DNA of 64,000 nt from Octopus vulgaris (GCA_951406725.2 OX597828.1:7502001-7566000), one strand, 5' to 3'; positions 41,402-53,793 are shown, numbered from the stretch's first letter. Translations and numbers: made by a program. The notes: generated from the sequence alone by a model not told the origin.

Positions 41402-43921
41402 ACGTCACGTGTTTAACGTTACATATTCCGACTGATCTAACTGCAGATTCATTGCCAGAAATAGCTCAATAAACAGCTAACAGCAAGTTAACATATTTAG
41501 AACTACTACGTTCGTCTGAATCATGAATAGGGAATAATGTTTAAAAACATAGTAGATTCTCACCAAGCAAGCTTATGCTAAATACTCATGTTCAGCGCTT
41601 GGACAAATTTCTGCAATCTGAAATCGTGACATTCTTGGTCAGCCTGCGCCATATTAGCTCGCAAGAAAAAGGCGATTGCTTGTCAACTGCTTTGAATGAT
41701 TCAATATACAAACAAACCATGTGAAAGGAGCGAAAAGTCGTTTCTGACTTGTAAAGGTCTTTGTTGAGATAAAAATACATCTAGAGATTTTGACATTTTT
41801 GAACTGGCAAAAGGAATGGTACAGAATTGTTTAATACTAATATAAGATTTAGACATGTATATGTTGGTTGCTGCTTAGTACTACTACACAAACATAAGGC
41901 GACAACTCTTTGTACACCATTTTGAATCAATCAATGTACAAATCGGATGAAAGGAACGCAAAACGTTTTTGACTTCTGAAGTTCTTTCTTAAGATACAAA
42001 TACGTCCAGAGGTTTCAACATTTGTTTTACGTGGTAAAAGAAGAAAAAGAAAACTAAACAATGTGTTCAGTATATGTATCAATTATTCAGGCATGTGTAT
42101 TGGGCGCATACATACATATATACATAGTGCACACACACACACACACACACATATATACATACATGCATACATACATATATATGCATATACGCACACACAT
42201 ATACATACAAAGACACACGCACATATATGTATATATACGTCCAACGCACATGCCTCAACCCATTATACATATACTGAGTTTAACCCTAGGCGAAGTGAGA
42301 GCCACTGATGAGCCACTGATGATCTGGCTATTTCCGCTGCTGAAGGGGGGGGGGCTTGCATCCCTTATCAGTCATTAAGATAGTGCTTTCCGTGGCTATT
42401 GAGTTGTTTTGACTCTTATTTCTAGCAACACTGGTGCTGATTAGTATCCTTTGTAAATTTAGTGACTTATATATTTCTGCCTTTAGGTTGTAAAATTACA
42501 AAAGTACTCCTTCAGATGAGAGCTAAATCTTGCATACCTTCAAAGGGAAATACTATGGAATGGTTTTATGTTTAACATAGGATCATTTAAGAAAGATATC
42601 AATGTATACGAATATCAATTATGTTCAAGAGGTGGGGGAGGGGCAATAGGAAATCAAGTTTGGTGATTAAACAAGTGGAAACTTCTGGGGGAAACAAACT
42701 AAAGACCCTCAGTAAACAGCAGACGGTTAAACAGAACAAAGCAAGACAAAAAAGACATAATAAATAAATACATAAAAAGTATATTTGTTCCGTTGACACA
42801 AAGTGAGAATCAAAGATTGGCCCAAAGCACGAAGAAAAAAAAAAGGAATGGTGGAGGAGGTGCTGGGACAACAAACCATCTGATAGAATTAGGTAGGTGT
42901 CAGATGTTAGATATAAGATTTTAGGAAGTGTTGAAAAGTTGTTATCTGTGCTGTGGTTTAGTTTGCGAACCATAGAACTAAAGAACTAACGCTCTCATTT
43001 ATATTCAAACCACTATTAAACGCATCTCCGTTGCCAAAATTCTCAAGCTTTAAAGCAAAGCTTCATATCTAGCATCATCTCAAATAAAGAGATTATGGCA
43101 AGGCAATCTGAACTGATACGACAAGAATGAGCTCTCTTCCTTATCATGTTCAGTAAAACTAGCAGACTGTAACAGACATCGTTTTGAATACTGAATGTAA
43201 AGAAATCTCTGACGGTTTCAAACATGTGCATTCAGTTGTATGGTCAATCGACTCAGCTACTCATTGCATGAATCAATGCAAAAATGGTTGAAGATTCGAC
43301 AGACATTTGTAGCTTTAGCATGATACTCAAACTGAATCAGCGTGACATACTTTCTGGTCAGGCTGGATTCAGTTCATCCGATTTGCTTCTGAAGAATTTT
43401 CATCTACTTAATTTCACAAAAAGGCTTTTGTCAACCTAAAAGATAAAAGGTAAAAGACTTGTCCAAAATGTTACAAGGTAGGACTGAACACGCGAGCCCA
43501 TAATACATCCAAAAAAGTACATAGCTATAGATAAGCTTTCGGTTATTCCAGTAACTGAATCCAGTGTCTAAGTGGCCGAGTATTACATTGACAAAAGCAC
43601 AGAGAGTAATTCTCCGACTCACGTGTATAAAAGAAGCGTGGTAGCATCAAAATAATTCCAGGTGAAACAATGTTAAAAGGTGAGATTTCACGTTATTAAT
43701 AATGAAAATATGTTCGCATTATTTCTACAATCAAGAAGTGATTGAATCGATTGCTCATACTCCCAATAGGGGTTTACTTGTGTCTACTCTAGAAATCTTG
43801 AATCATAATATCAACCAGGAACTATGTGGGTCGGACAGTGCTTGTAGGAGATGCTTTGTGGCTTAAAGAATCGAAAAACCTTCCTCAAAATTATGCAACC
43901 ATGTTAAGACGCCATATTCTT

Positions 43922-44330
43922 CAGAATCAGCATGCCGAGCAAAATGCTTAGCGAGTTGGCAGAATCGTTAGCATGCCGGGCGAAATGCTTAGCAGTATTT
44001 CGTCTGCCGCTACGTTCTGAGTTCAAATTCCGCCGAGGTCGACTTTGCCTTTCATCCTTTCGGGGTCGATTAAATAAGTACGAGTTACGCACTTAATCCG
44101 TTTGCCTGTCCTTGTTTGTCCCCTCTGTATTTAGCCCCTTGTGGGTAGTAAAGAAATAGGTATTTTACCCGTCCTTACGTTCTGAGTTCAAATTCCGACG
44201 AGGTCAACTTTGCTTTCCATCCTTTCGGGGTCGATAAAATAAGTACCAGTTAAAAACTGGGGTCGATGTAATCGATTTACTCACCCTCCTGAAATTGCTA
44301 ATCTTTTGCCAAAATTTGAAACCAATATTC
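43922..44330 (+). mobile_element. SINE B nested in SINE B (inner copy 43951-44159)
   Basis: The outer copy breaks at ATGCTTAGC and resumes GGTATTTT at about 44159; the inner copy carries the 21248-type tail. Confidence 0.8.
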
Positions 44331-44344
44331 TTAGTAAGAAAGCA

Positions 44345-44565
44345 GTGGGCTGGCAGAATCATTAGCGCATCGGACACCTTGTTTAGCAACATTTCTTATG
44401 GTCTTTTACGTCTTAGGTTCAAATTCCGCCGAGGTAGTTTTTGCCATTGCTTTTGCTGTTCAGCCTTTCGGGGTCGATAAATCAAGTACCTGTTAATCAT
44501 TTGGGGTAATATAATCGACTAACACCACACTTGAAATTTCTTGCCTTGTGCTTAGAGTAGAAATG
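44345..44565 (+). mobile_element. SINE family B
   Basis: GGGCTGGCAGAATCATTAGC...GGTTCAAATTCCGCCGAGG...CCTTTCGGGGTCGATAAA. Confidence 0.85.
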
Positions 44566-45054
44566 GGGGAAGAAATTTTTAAGAAGGTGAGTGTGTATGA
44601 AAATCTGAATGCTCTTAACAGAATGCTTTGCGGCTTTAATTAGATGCTTTTACGTTGTGATTTCAAATTAGGTCGCACTCGAATGTACACTGTGTTTTTG
44701 CGGCATCCATACAATAATTAGCCTCCTTCTAACTTCTGAAAGTGTAGGTCTGTTTGTGTTAAACGCAACAAAAGAAAGACACTACAAATGAAAGACGACA
44801 AACATCTCAAACCAGCCAAGACACAAATACACACACACACACACACAGATGCGCGCGCACACACACACACACACACACTCACATTTATGAGATAAAGGGG
44901 AAGAAGCAAGGCAAACAGTGAAATCAGATGTAAACATCCTATACGGGTGGTATATAGATACAACTGGCTAATGATGCTCAGACTGACCTACAATACTTTT
45001 CACGGAAACGAAATCCATTTCCCCTACCGCGAACACCAAAAGATAAAAAGTAAC

Positions 45055-45056
<2 letters not shown>

Positions 45057-45136
<80 letters not shown>

Positions 45137-45150
45137 TAATAATGATGATG

Positions 45151-45193
<43 letters not shown>

Positions 45194-45201
45194 TGATGAT
45201 G

Positions 45202-45273
<72 letters not shown>
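45057..45273. repeat. (AAT)n/(GAT)n microsatellite
   Basis: Directly visible. Confidence 0.97.
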
Positions 45274-45277
<4 letters not shown>

Positions 45278-46450
45278 AACGATAGAATAAGATAAATATT
45301 GGGCAAGATAAATATTTATTCATGTATGTTTATCGTTTAATTTGATGTTATGCTTTATTTATCAAGTTAATTCTGTAAAAGAACATACAAAAATAAAATA
45401 AATCTTCATTTACAAATCCCTTCAATTATTTTCTTGTCATTTATTTATATCTGTTATTTATTTTGTCTTTTTCTGTTTTTCTTATCTTCGTTGACCAGAG
45501 TTTGACTTTTTTTTATTTATAAGGGAGGTAACAACGTGATTAACATACAGAGGATACCAAATGCTTGGAGCTGTTCAACTGCACCAAAATAAATGAATAG
45601 CTCCCGGAAAACGTCGCTCAATTTAAGCAAACAGACTAATCTTAGGAGCAAATAAATAAAACGTACACATATATATATAAAATAGCAAGACTGGAAGATT
45701 GATTAATCGTATAAAAAGTAGAGACATTTTAGGTCAAATGTCGCTTAGCTAAACTTTAAATCTGAATAATTTTATCAAGGAAAGTATTTTCACTAAAAAA
45801 GTAAAAGTGCTTTTCTTTTATGTTATTTCCCCCTGTGCTTTTCCTATTTATCACAACACCTGCATGCAATTAACACCCACTCATTTATACATATAGGGCA
45901 TATGGCTTTAGCAAACATGTCCTCATTCACACTCACACACGCTCACACACGCATTTATGTAGTAATGTATGTATATGTGTATATGCGTGTGTGTATTCAA
46001 GAATGTGTAACTATATGGCCTGTCTTACAACATGGGAATTTTGGGATATTTTCTAGGGGTTTCATGAGTCTACTAGCCTAACTTATGTATATTATGGTTG
46101 TGCACGTAAAGACCTCAGTAGAATGCTGTGTGTGGACATTGGCTCGGGTGCAGGGGGAGCAATCGCAACCCCTAAAAGGTTTTGGAAGCAATGAAAACGC
46201 TTTGAACATCTGGGGTTAGATCTAGGTTTGTACCCTGTAAACAAATTTCGTCCCCGCACTTATAGGCGCATGGGCCCTATAATGCTGTTAAAACGGCTGA
46301 ACAAACTCACGTATACACACACGCACATAATATGTGTATGCATATCTTAAAATAAAAATAGCACAATTGCATTGCGTTATGTCATTTGCGTAAATATAAA
46401 CAGTCAACTGATATTTCGGCACCACAAATGCCATATTCCAAGCTTGAAAA

Positions 46451-46834
46451 TCTCTCTCTATATAAACGGCAGTTTGTCTGTGCGTTTTCTGTGTGTCTGT
46501 TTTCTCGTACCCTCACTCTGACCACGGCTTTCAACCGATTCTGATGAAACTTGACACACACATAGCCCAATGTCATAATTCAAAACTAACGCAGCGAAAA
46601 TTTTGAAAAGTTCCCCCAGTTCTGAAAAAAATCGATAAATTCGACATGGGGTCGAGAATCAGAAACCCAAACCACAGACCGTCTAGGGGACGCAACTCCA
46701 CCTTTTTAAACTCTCAAAAAAAATTTACCATCATTTTTTTCCATTTTTTTGCTATTTTTTTGGCTATAACTCTCTAAAAATGCTTTATAGTTATTTCCCT
46801 TACAAACCTGAGCAACGCCGGGCGATACTGCTAG
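46451..46834 (+). mobile_element. Non-autonomous Helitron
   Basis: A|TCTCTCTCTATATAAA ... CCTGAGCAACGCCGGG hairpin-CGATACTGCTAG|T; no TSD, inserted between A and T. Confidence 0.85.
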
Positions 46835-46968
46835 TAACGTATAAAAAAGAAAGTTATAATAGTTAGAATATAGAGTGTGCTTCCGCAGTTCACCCTTGAC
46901 CTTTTCTATCTGCACGCTCATGTGAGATAAACATTTCTTAACAAGTATTCATTCAGAAAATTCTAGAA

Positions 46969-47302
46969 CATAGGTTCTCAAAGTGAGCGATACCGCCCTC
47001 CGGTGGGCGTTGAAACGGTCCAAGTGGGGGCTGGTGCCAAAGGGGGCGATAGGAGTGGGGGCAGTAGAGAAAAAGGAGGCGTTGGGAGGAAGGCAATGGA
47101 TTGGAGGACGCTATGAATTTATTATATTATTATAGTATTGTATACAAATTATATAATATTACATTAAATATCAAATGATTCATGATATACATAAATTAGT
47201 AAAATATGGAAAATTTATTGATACATAAAAATAGGGGTGGGGCACTGAGGGTATTATGTGGCCATGAGGGGGGGCAGTGGCCCAAAAGTTGGAGAATCTC
47301 TG
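46969..47302. mobile_element. hAT (Charlie-type) MITE
   Basis: TIR CATAGGTTCTCAAA / TTGGAGAATCTCTG; 8-bp TSD TTCTAGAA / TTCTAGAG (NTCTAGAN target). Confidence 0.85.
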
Positions 47303-48142
47303 TTCTAGAGTGATGAAAATTTTCTACACTTGTAATTTCAACAGTTATGAAGTTTTCTCATAAGTCTCCCACACAAACGCTGTTCAAACTTTCCCTATTA
47401 CCTCGGTCACGAATCTCAATGCTATTATTGTGTAAATAGTAGTCAGTTTTCTTTCTCTTTTTCTATTTTATCACTCCTTCCCTCATTCGGTTTCCACTGT
47501 AATTGCGACAATTCACTTTGTTTTCATATTTCTATCCTCTCATTCAACCAGCTAGTCTCCAATCGCTATAACTGAAAAGTATGTCTTTCAATTGTCTGTT
47601 ACTGTGAAGAATTTAGAAGAATACAAATAAGGTTAATGGTAACATAGTCAACAGCTGATATTTCGGCATCGTAGATGTTCATAAAACAATGAGTAAACTA
47701 CAGTTCCGAGAATGGACAAAATTAATTGTAAATGGAAATCAGGTGTAATTGCGCTGTGCAACCCAGAAATTCATTCTGTCCATAGGCTTTTGTGATGTGA
47801 AAATATCTAAACAGGATTTCATTCATTCCGAAACTGGTCAAAACGAGAAGAGTATCTTCTCTAAATGAAGACTGCTGATATCATAAAGATTTCTCTTGCT
47901 GTACACAATGTCTTGAACGCTGCTGAAGTATAGATATTCACTCATATTTCGCGCTCTCTCTATTACAGAGCCATTATATTCTATGTGTATGTAATTGTGT
48001 ACATATGTGAGCATGTATGTGCATATTTGGGTGTGTGCGAGAGAGAGAGAGAGGGAGAGATAGATAAAGAGAGAGAGAGAGAAAGTATGTTAGAAACGAT
48101 ATATATATATATATGTATGTATGTATATGTATGTATATATGT

Positions 48143-48212
<70 letters not shown>

Positions 48213-48779
48213 ACACACATATATGTATATATATATATACATATATAAACACACACATATATGTATATATATATATATACATATATGTATATATATATGC
48301 ATATATATATATATATATGTGTATGTGTTTGTATATATATATATATACATACATACATATATATATATATACACATATATACATATATATAAATATATTT
48401 ATATATATACATATACATATAAGTTTGAGAGTGTGTGTGTACGTATGTGCGTGGGTGGGTCTGCTGGCGTGCGTAAATGTAAGTAAGGGAACGCGTCTTC
48501 GTGATTTAGTGTTCGCGTACTTTCGTCTCTGCGAATGTATATAGTTCGCATTAATAATGCAAACAACATAACTTGTCCATAGTTCCTTTTCGTTATTCAC
48601 GTTCACCCCACTAAAAGCCAACAAAATGCCCTCAAAATAAACGAGCTCCTGAACTTAGTTACGTCTCATAAACGATTAAACATTAACCGCTTTCTCTCTT
48701 TCTCATCGGCAACATTTTCTTTCTTACTGTCATTTTCTCAGACTGTCATTATAAATCGCCTCACCCAGCCAACCATATG

Positions 48780-48811
<32 letters not shown>

Positions 48812-48920
48812 AGCGTATTTGTTTGAGTACGTGTATATATATATATATTTACATGCATTTATGCCTGTGCGTCTGTGCATAAGTGTATATGTGTGTGTGT
48901 GTGTGTGTGTATGTATTTAT

Positions 48921-48980
48921 TTAAGATGGTGTTCTAGCATGGCCGTAGTCAAATAGCTGTAACAAGTAAATGTAAAAGAA
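48921..48980 (+). mobile_element. SINE family A tail fragment
   Basis: GGTGTTCTAGCATGGCCGTAGTCAAATAGCTGTAACAAGTAAA. Confidence 0.7.
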
Positions 48981-49116
48981 TGTATATATATAAATATATA
49001 TATACATATTTATATATACGTACATAACATATATATATATATACACATACATATGTATATACGCTAGAGAGATGGGCATATATATATATATATACATACA
49101 TACGTACATACATACC

Positions 49117-49211
<95 letters not shown>

Positions 49212-49559
49212 TTATCTCTCTAGCGGGCATAAATTACCAAGCAAAAGTATATATTCAACCCCCAAATGTTCCAAAAGGCATACATCAACATTATTCCCCT
49301 CAGTCTGTGTAGTACAGTACCCTATAAATATTTCTGTATCATACTTGATCATTAATTTCTTTCCGTTGCTCCCACTTCTTCCATTTCATTATTGCATACA
49401 GATACAGAGAAGAAATAACTCACCGTATTCATTTTACAAATTCCTAACATGTTACTTACGTTGTTTTCTTTTCATCTAAGACCTACTCTGTTTCCCAGAT
49501 CTTCTCATTTACTCTTTCTATCTATAACTATGCGCATATATTTTCATATATATGTGTTA

Positions 49560-49827
49560 TTCTCATTGTCCTGTCTTTTACTGTTTTTATTTGTATTGCT
49601 TTTACTGTCTTGTTTTGTTTTTACTGTCCTGACCATGTCGCCACTTTTACTCCTCCGCAAAAAATCCCAAATTTTATTTAATTTGCTTTGCGGAAGAACT
49701 GTTTCAACGAAGTCGTGTCTTGCCCTTACCTTCGAAACACAGAGTAGTCGAAGCAGGGGCAGCTGAAGAAGGGGAAAATTCCTTGTGTTGTATGTCTTGT
49801 ACTCTGTTTTTTCGTTGTTTGAAAAAG
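49560..49827 (+). mobile_element. Short repeat homologous to 17690-17990
   Basis: CCTTACCTTCGAAACACAGAGTAG..GAAGCAGGGGCAGCTGAAGAAGGGGAA matches the reverse complement of about 17800-17865. Confidence 0.65.
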
Positions 49828-50205
49828 ACCATTCGTAGCATCCTTGTGTAGCAGCCATTTAAACTCTTTACTTTTGGGGCTTTTTGGCAATTGACTAACG
49901 TTCGATGTCATACAAGAGCACAGACTCAATAGTAGCAAGGAACAGACTGATTTTTGTTCCACTTGACAATCTTAACTTCCATATTATCTTGATTTTTTCA
50001 CGCGTGGCACCAAGAAGTATCAAAATTTGTGCTCCGTTACTCACGGCATGGTACCGGCAAGTGTGGAAGACGTCATCGAACATTTGTCGACATCCTAAAG
50101 GAGAACATAGGACTGGATCCTCTGCACAAACTGAAGGTGGAGCTGACGGATCGAAATGCTTGGCGAAATGGTTCAGTCTTCGAGGACCGGGTGGGAACCT
50201 ATGAT
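49828..50205. pseudogene. RTE-clade LINE 3' fragment with 5' inversion (minus 49828-50035, plus 50045-50205)
   Basis: Minus: KIKIIWKLRLSSGTKISLFLATIESVLLYD...GCYTRMLRMV. Plus: HGTGKCGRRHRTFVDILKENIGL...LTDRNAWR. Confidence 0.75.
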
Positions 50206-50249
50206 GTCACAAAATCGTACCAAGATACTTAATAGGTAAGTTTTGAGGG

Positions 50250-50331
50250 ACAGCTATGATTTTGCTTGTAGCCAAGGTGACAACTACGGTTGTGCTTGTA
50301 GGCAAGGTGACAGCTACAGCTTTGCTTGTGC
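50250..50331. repeat. 30-bp minisatellite, about 2.7 copies
   Basis: Unit approximately GACAGCTACGGTTTTGCTTGTAGGCAAGGT. Confidence 0.85.
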
Positions 50332-50885
50332 CTTGATGGATCATTTGAGGTAAGTAGAGCTAAACTGTTCATCTTCTAATTGAGTTCTCTCGTGTACTGT
50401 TGCGTAAGTCACACCTTGCTTTATACTAAAAAAACCCAAAAAAACAAGTAGTAAGCCCGTGTCTATACGCAACATACCCCTATATATCTTTTTCGGAACG
50501 GTGAACCGCGAAATAGATGAAACTATAAAGAATAGATTATAAATATTAGGTTAAAAACCTCTGGACAGAAAGTGTCGAAGAGTAGTACAACGTTTGTTGT
50601 ATTTATGGAAGATGTGCTTTCATGTCCTACATGTAACATTCAACTTTTATTGCCTGAAGAGTTTCGTAACAATATTTACACGCTATTGTTTTCAGCTTCA
50701 TCTACTTCGAGTTTCAAGGTTCCAAATATCAGTTATTTCATGTCCTTTCGAAGTTTATAAATTCTAATGACGCCTACAAAATACGTGTATGTGCGCGCGT
50801 GTATGTATGTATGTATGTATGTATGTATGTATGTATGTATGTATGTATGTATGTATGTATGTATGTATGTATGTGTGTATGCATG

Positions 50886-50916
<31 letters not shown>

Positions 50917-50919
50917 AAT

Positions 50920-50970
50920 TTTGTCAGTGAACAGGTCGCGGTCTCAAAGCGACGAAAATATTTTGGTAAA
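50920..50970 (+). ncRNA. Minimal type I hammerhead-like motif, G3-C8 core
   Basis: UUUGUCA-GUGAACA-G-GUCGC-GGUCUCAAA-GCGAC-GAA-AAUAUU-U-UGGUAAA: 7-bp stem I (2 G-U), 5-bp stem II, palindromic stem III; lies in a ~200-bp unit (50911-51111) flanked by (TA)n. Confidence 0.6.
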
Positions 50971-51373
50971 TTAAATTTAAATATTGAAGTGAATCTAATG
51001 GTTTTTGTGTGTTTCTTAAATGGCTTATAAACACCTTCCACGCTGCAATTGTTTTCGTTCCAGCACACGATCTCAGATCAGGTCACTTGTTATGCAAGTA
51101 CATCTCCGTAATATATATATATATATATATACACGCACACACACATATATATATGAGTGTATATACATATACGTGCGTGCATGTGTTTATATGTATATGT
51201 AAGTGTTTTTTGAGTATTAACCACAAATGTACATTAGTTGAAAAAGAGACGCAATATTCAGACTTCTCTTTTAATCAACTGATGACAATCACTGCTACTT
51301 GGAAGAATCACTGTAAAGCCATTTTGGTGCTATAATTCAGGACTATATCATCATAGTCTAACAAGCTAATTAC

Positions 51374-51424
51374 CTGGGTTTCCACAGATTTGGGTTTCAT
51401 CGGCTTCAATTTGCTTGGAACCAT
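51374..51424 (-). CDS. Candidate start-codon exon (exon 51374-51509; MVPSKLKPMKPKSVETQ), unverified
   Basis: Acceptor TGTCTGTTTGTGATTTACAG, donor CAG|GTAATT, AGCATGG Kozak context with an upstream in-frame TGA. Confidence 0.3.
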
Positions 51425-52002
51425 GCTGGTCTCATCAGTCAGAATGGTTTTAGATCAGACAATATTTAGAATGATCATCTGCGGTGACGCATTTGGAAAC
51501 AACAAATAGCTGTAAATCACAAACAGACACAACCTGGTAGTAATAATGGTAATTCTGTTGGCATGGAAGCATTTGTCGCTTTTGAGTTGTAACCTCCAAT
51601 ACTGCTTTATAGTAACGCCAAAGATATATTCTCTTCTATGATATAAATTAATTCGTTCTTAGGTTGTACGTTGTGTTACGTAATTTTTATTGATGTGCGA
51701 ACACAGACAGACTTATACACAACTCATACACACCTACGCGCACAATTACAACAGATATACACATGTAATTCATATTTATATATTACGAGTGAGTGTATTT
51801 GCACACACGCATGCATATACTCCAAGCGTATATTCTCTTCAATGAAATAAATTAATACTTTCTTATGCAGTACGCGGTGTTACGTAATTTTTTAATGCGA
51901 ACACTGACTCATATACATGTACATACACACACACATACACACACACACACACACACACAAGCACAAAAGCATGTACACATATAATAATATTTATATAATA
52001 CG

Positions 52003-52213
52003 AAGGCGGCGAGCTGGCAGATTCGTTAGCACGCCGGATAAAATGCTTAGCGGCATTTCGTCTGTCTTTACGTTCTTAGTTCAAATTCCACCGAGGTCGA
52101 CTTTGCCTTTCATCATTTCGGGGTCGATAAAATAAGTACCAGTTACGCACTGGGGTCGATGTAATCGATTCACCCCTTCCTTGAAATTGCTGGCCTTCTG
52201 CCAAAATTTGAAA
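52003..52213 (+). mobile_element. SINE family B, young
   Basis: AAGGCGGCGAGCTGGCAG...GTTCAAATTCCACCGAGGTCGACTTTGCCTTTCATC...CCAAAATTTGAAA. Confidence 0.92.
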
Positions 52214-52269
52214 ACACATACACACAAGCACAAAAGCATGTACACATATAATAATATTTATATAATACG

Positions 52270-52448
52270 AAGGCGGCAGAATCGGTAGTACGTCGGTCAA
52301 AATGTTTAGCGGTATTTCGTCATCCTTACGTTCTGAGTTCAAATTCCGCCAAGATCGCCTTTACCTTTAATTCTTTCGCATCCGATGAAATAATCTTTTT
52401 GCCTCCTCCCTGAAATTGCAGGCCATGTGCCACAAGTTGAAATCAGTA
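52270..52448 (+). mobile_element. SINE family B, older
   Basis: Diverged homolog of 52003-52213. Confidence 0.85.
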
Positions 52449-52511
52449 TTCATATAATAAATGTGGATTTACACAAACACACACACATACACACACTCTC
52501 ACACAGATTCG

Positions 52512-53180
52512 TATATGGCCCAAAAGTAATAAAAAAAATCAAAGGTGATGTAAAAGAGTATCAAGCCGGATGTATGGATCTTTTCGGTTTGAACGGCAAT
52601 TTTTAACATAATTTCTAGGTAACTAAAAAATTTTAAACTTCGTATACTGGTAGAATGTGTTTATAAAACATCTTTTACTCCTGGCTTTATTGAGAAAATT
52701 CTATGGTTTGTAAGATATTTGTTTGTTTTTTTCTTCAATTTCTGCAATTTCAACCAATCACTGACGTTCATTGAGGTAAAAAACATTCTGTACCGTATGA
52801 ATATGTCCCTCGTTTAAGAAACAGATTGGGTTTATTTACATTTGTAACGAAAAAAAGATACCCTTCCCCCCACCACTAACCCTAACCCTAACTAACCCTA
52901 ACCCTGAAACAGATTGAAATGCAATAGATCGATACTAGGGTCATAATTATGGGTGACAATTTCATATGACACCGGTAGAAAAAACTGCCGTTCAAACCGA
53001 AAAGATCCGGATGTATTAGGTTTATGCTCAGGAAAATTGGAAGAAATCGTAACGTTTTGAGCCTGTTCTTTTCTACGGGAAGGTTTGATAAGGGGTGGAA
53101 AATGGAGAGTAAAAGACAATCGTGTCTGAATTAAACGGAAGAGGAAGAAATTGGCGTGGGCGGTAAGGGAGACAACACTG
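52512..53180 (-). mobile_element. PLE-like repeat (17472 family) interrupted by a MITE; decayed hammerhead at about 53045-53082
   Basis: ATGTATTAGGTTTATGCTCAGGA...TAACGTTTTGAGCCTGTTCTTTTCTACGG parallels 17530-17599. Confidence 0.55.
52576..53008. mobile_element. MITE with GG termini, 8-bp TSD and internal telomere-type repeats
   Basis: TIR GGATCTTTTCGGTTTGAACGGCA (23 bp perfect); TSD GGATGTAT at 52568-52575 and 53009-53016; (CCCTAA)n at 52876-52905. Confidence 0.92.
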
Positions 53181-53322
53181 ACCTGGCATTTGTGTGTGTG
53201 TGTGTATGTGTATATGTGTGTGTGCAAGCACATGTGCGTGCGTGCAAGGATATTTGCGTGTGTGTGTGTGCAAGCACATGTGTGTGCGCGCGTATGTGTG
53301 TATAGGGGCATGTCTGATTGAT

Positions 53323-53373
53323 TGATTGATTCTAGTTTCAGCTCATGAGCTGTGGCCATGCTGGGGCACCACC
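53323..53373 (-). mobile_element. Element sharing the SINE A 3' tail
   Basis: (GATT)n-CTAGTTTCAGCTCATGAGCTGTGGCCATGCTGGGGCACC, followed by sequence unlike SINE A. Confidence 0.55.
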
Positions 53374-53699
53374 ATTTGGTGTTGCTACATGGTTTTACTT
53401 CACGAATGCTTTTAAGCAACTGCCATTTGGTGCATGAGAGAGTTCGATGCAGCTGCCCTCATCTGCATGTGTGTGCATTTATAAAATAATGTTTGCGTGT
53501 TTACTTTGTGTGTTTTTGCCTGTGTGTGTACTTGTGTACGGGCGTGTGTATGTGCATATGTATGCGCGTGTGATATGTGAAGATAGAGCCACGCAATATC
53601 ATATGCATTCATATTCTCTATCATTCTAAAGTTTATTTCTCTAACCGCTGCTCACTCTCTGGCTTTACATGTACACAGTCCTCTTATATATTTCAATTA

Positions 53700-53757
53700 C
53701 ACCTCTCTCTCTCTTTCTCTCTCTCTCTCACTCTCTCTCACTCACTCTCTCACTCAC

Positions 53758-53793
<36 letters not shown>

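Noticed and set aside
41596-41724. Plus-strand open stretch RLDKFLQSEIVTFLVSLRHISSQEKGD after a CAG
   Set aside because: Weak acceptor, no recognisable homology, and a length compatible with chance.
49720-49790. GAAAC...CTGAAGA as a permuted (type II) hammerhead; also at about 17815-17865
   Set aside because: No stem I can be formed in either copy and stem II relies on G-U pairs.
50250-50331. 30-bp repeats as a CRISPR-like array
   Set aside because: Head-to-tail tandem units with no spacers, in eukaryotic DNA.
50648-50674. TATTGC-CTGAAGA-GTTTC-GTAA-CAATA
   Set aside because: No stem III and no cleavage triplet.
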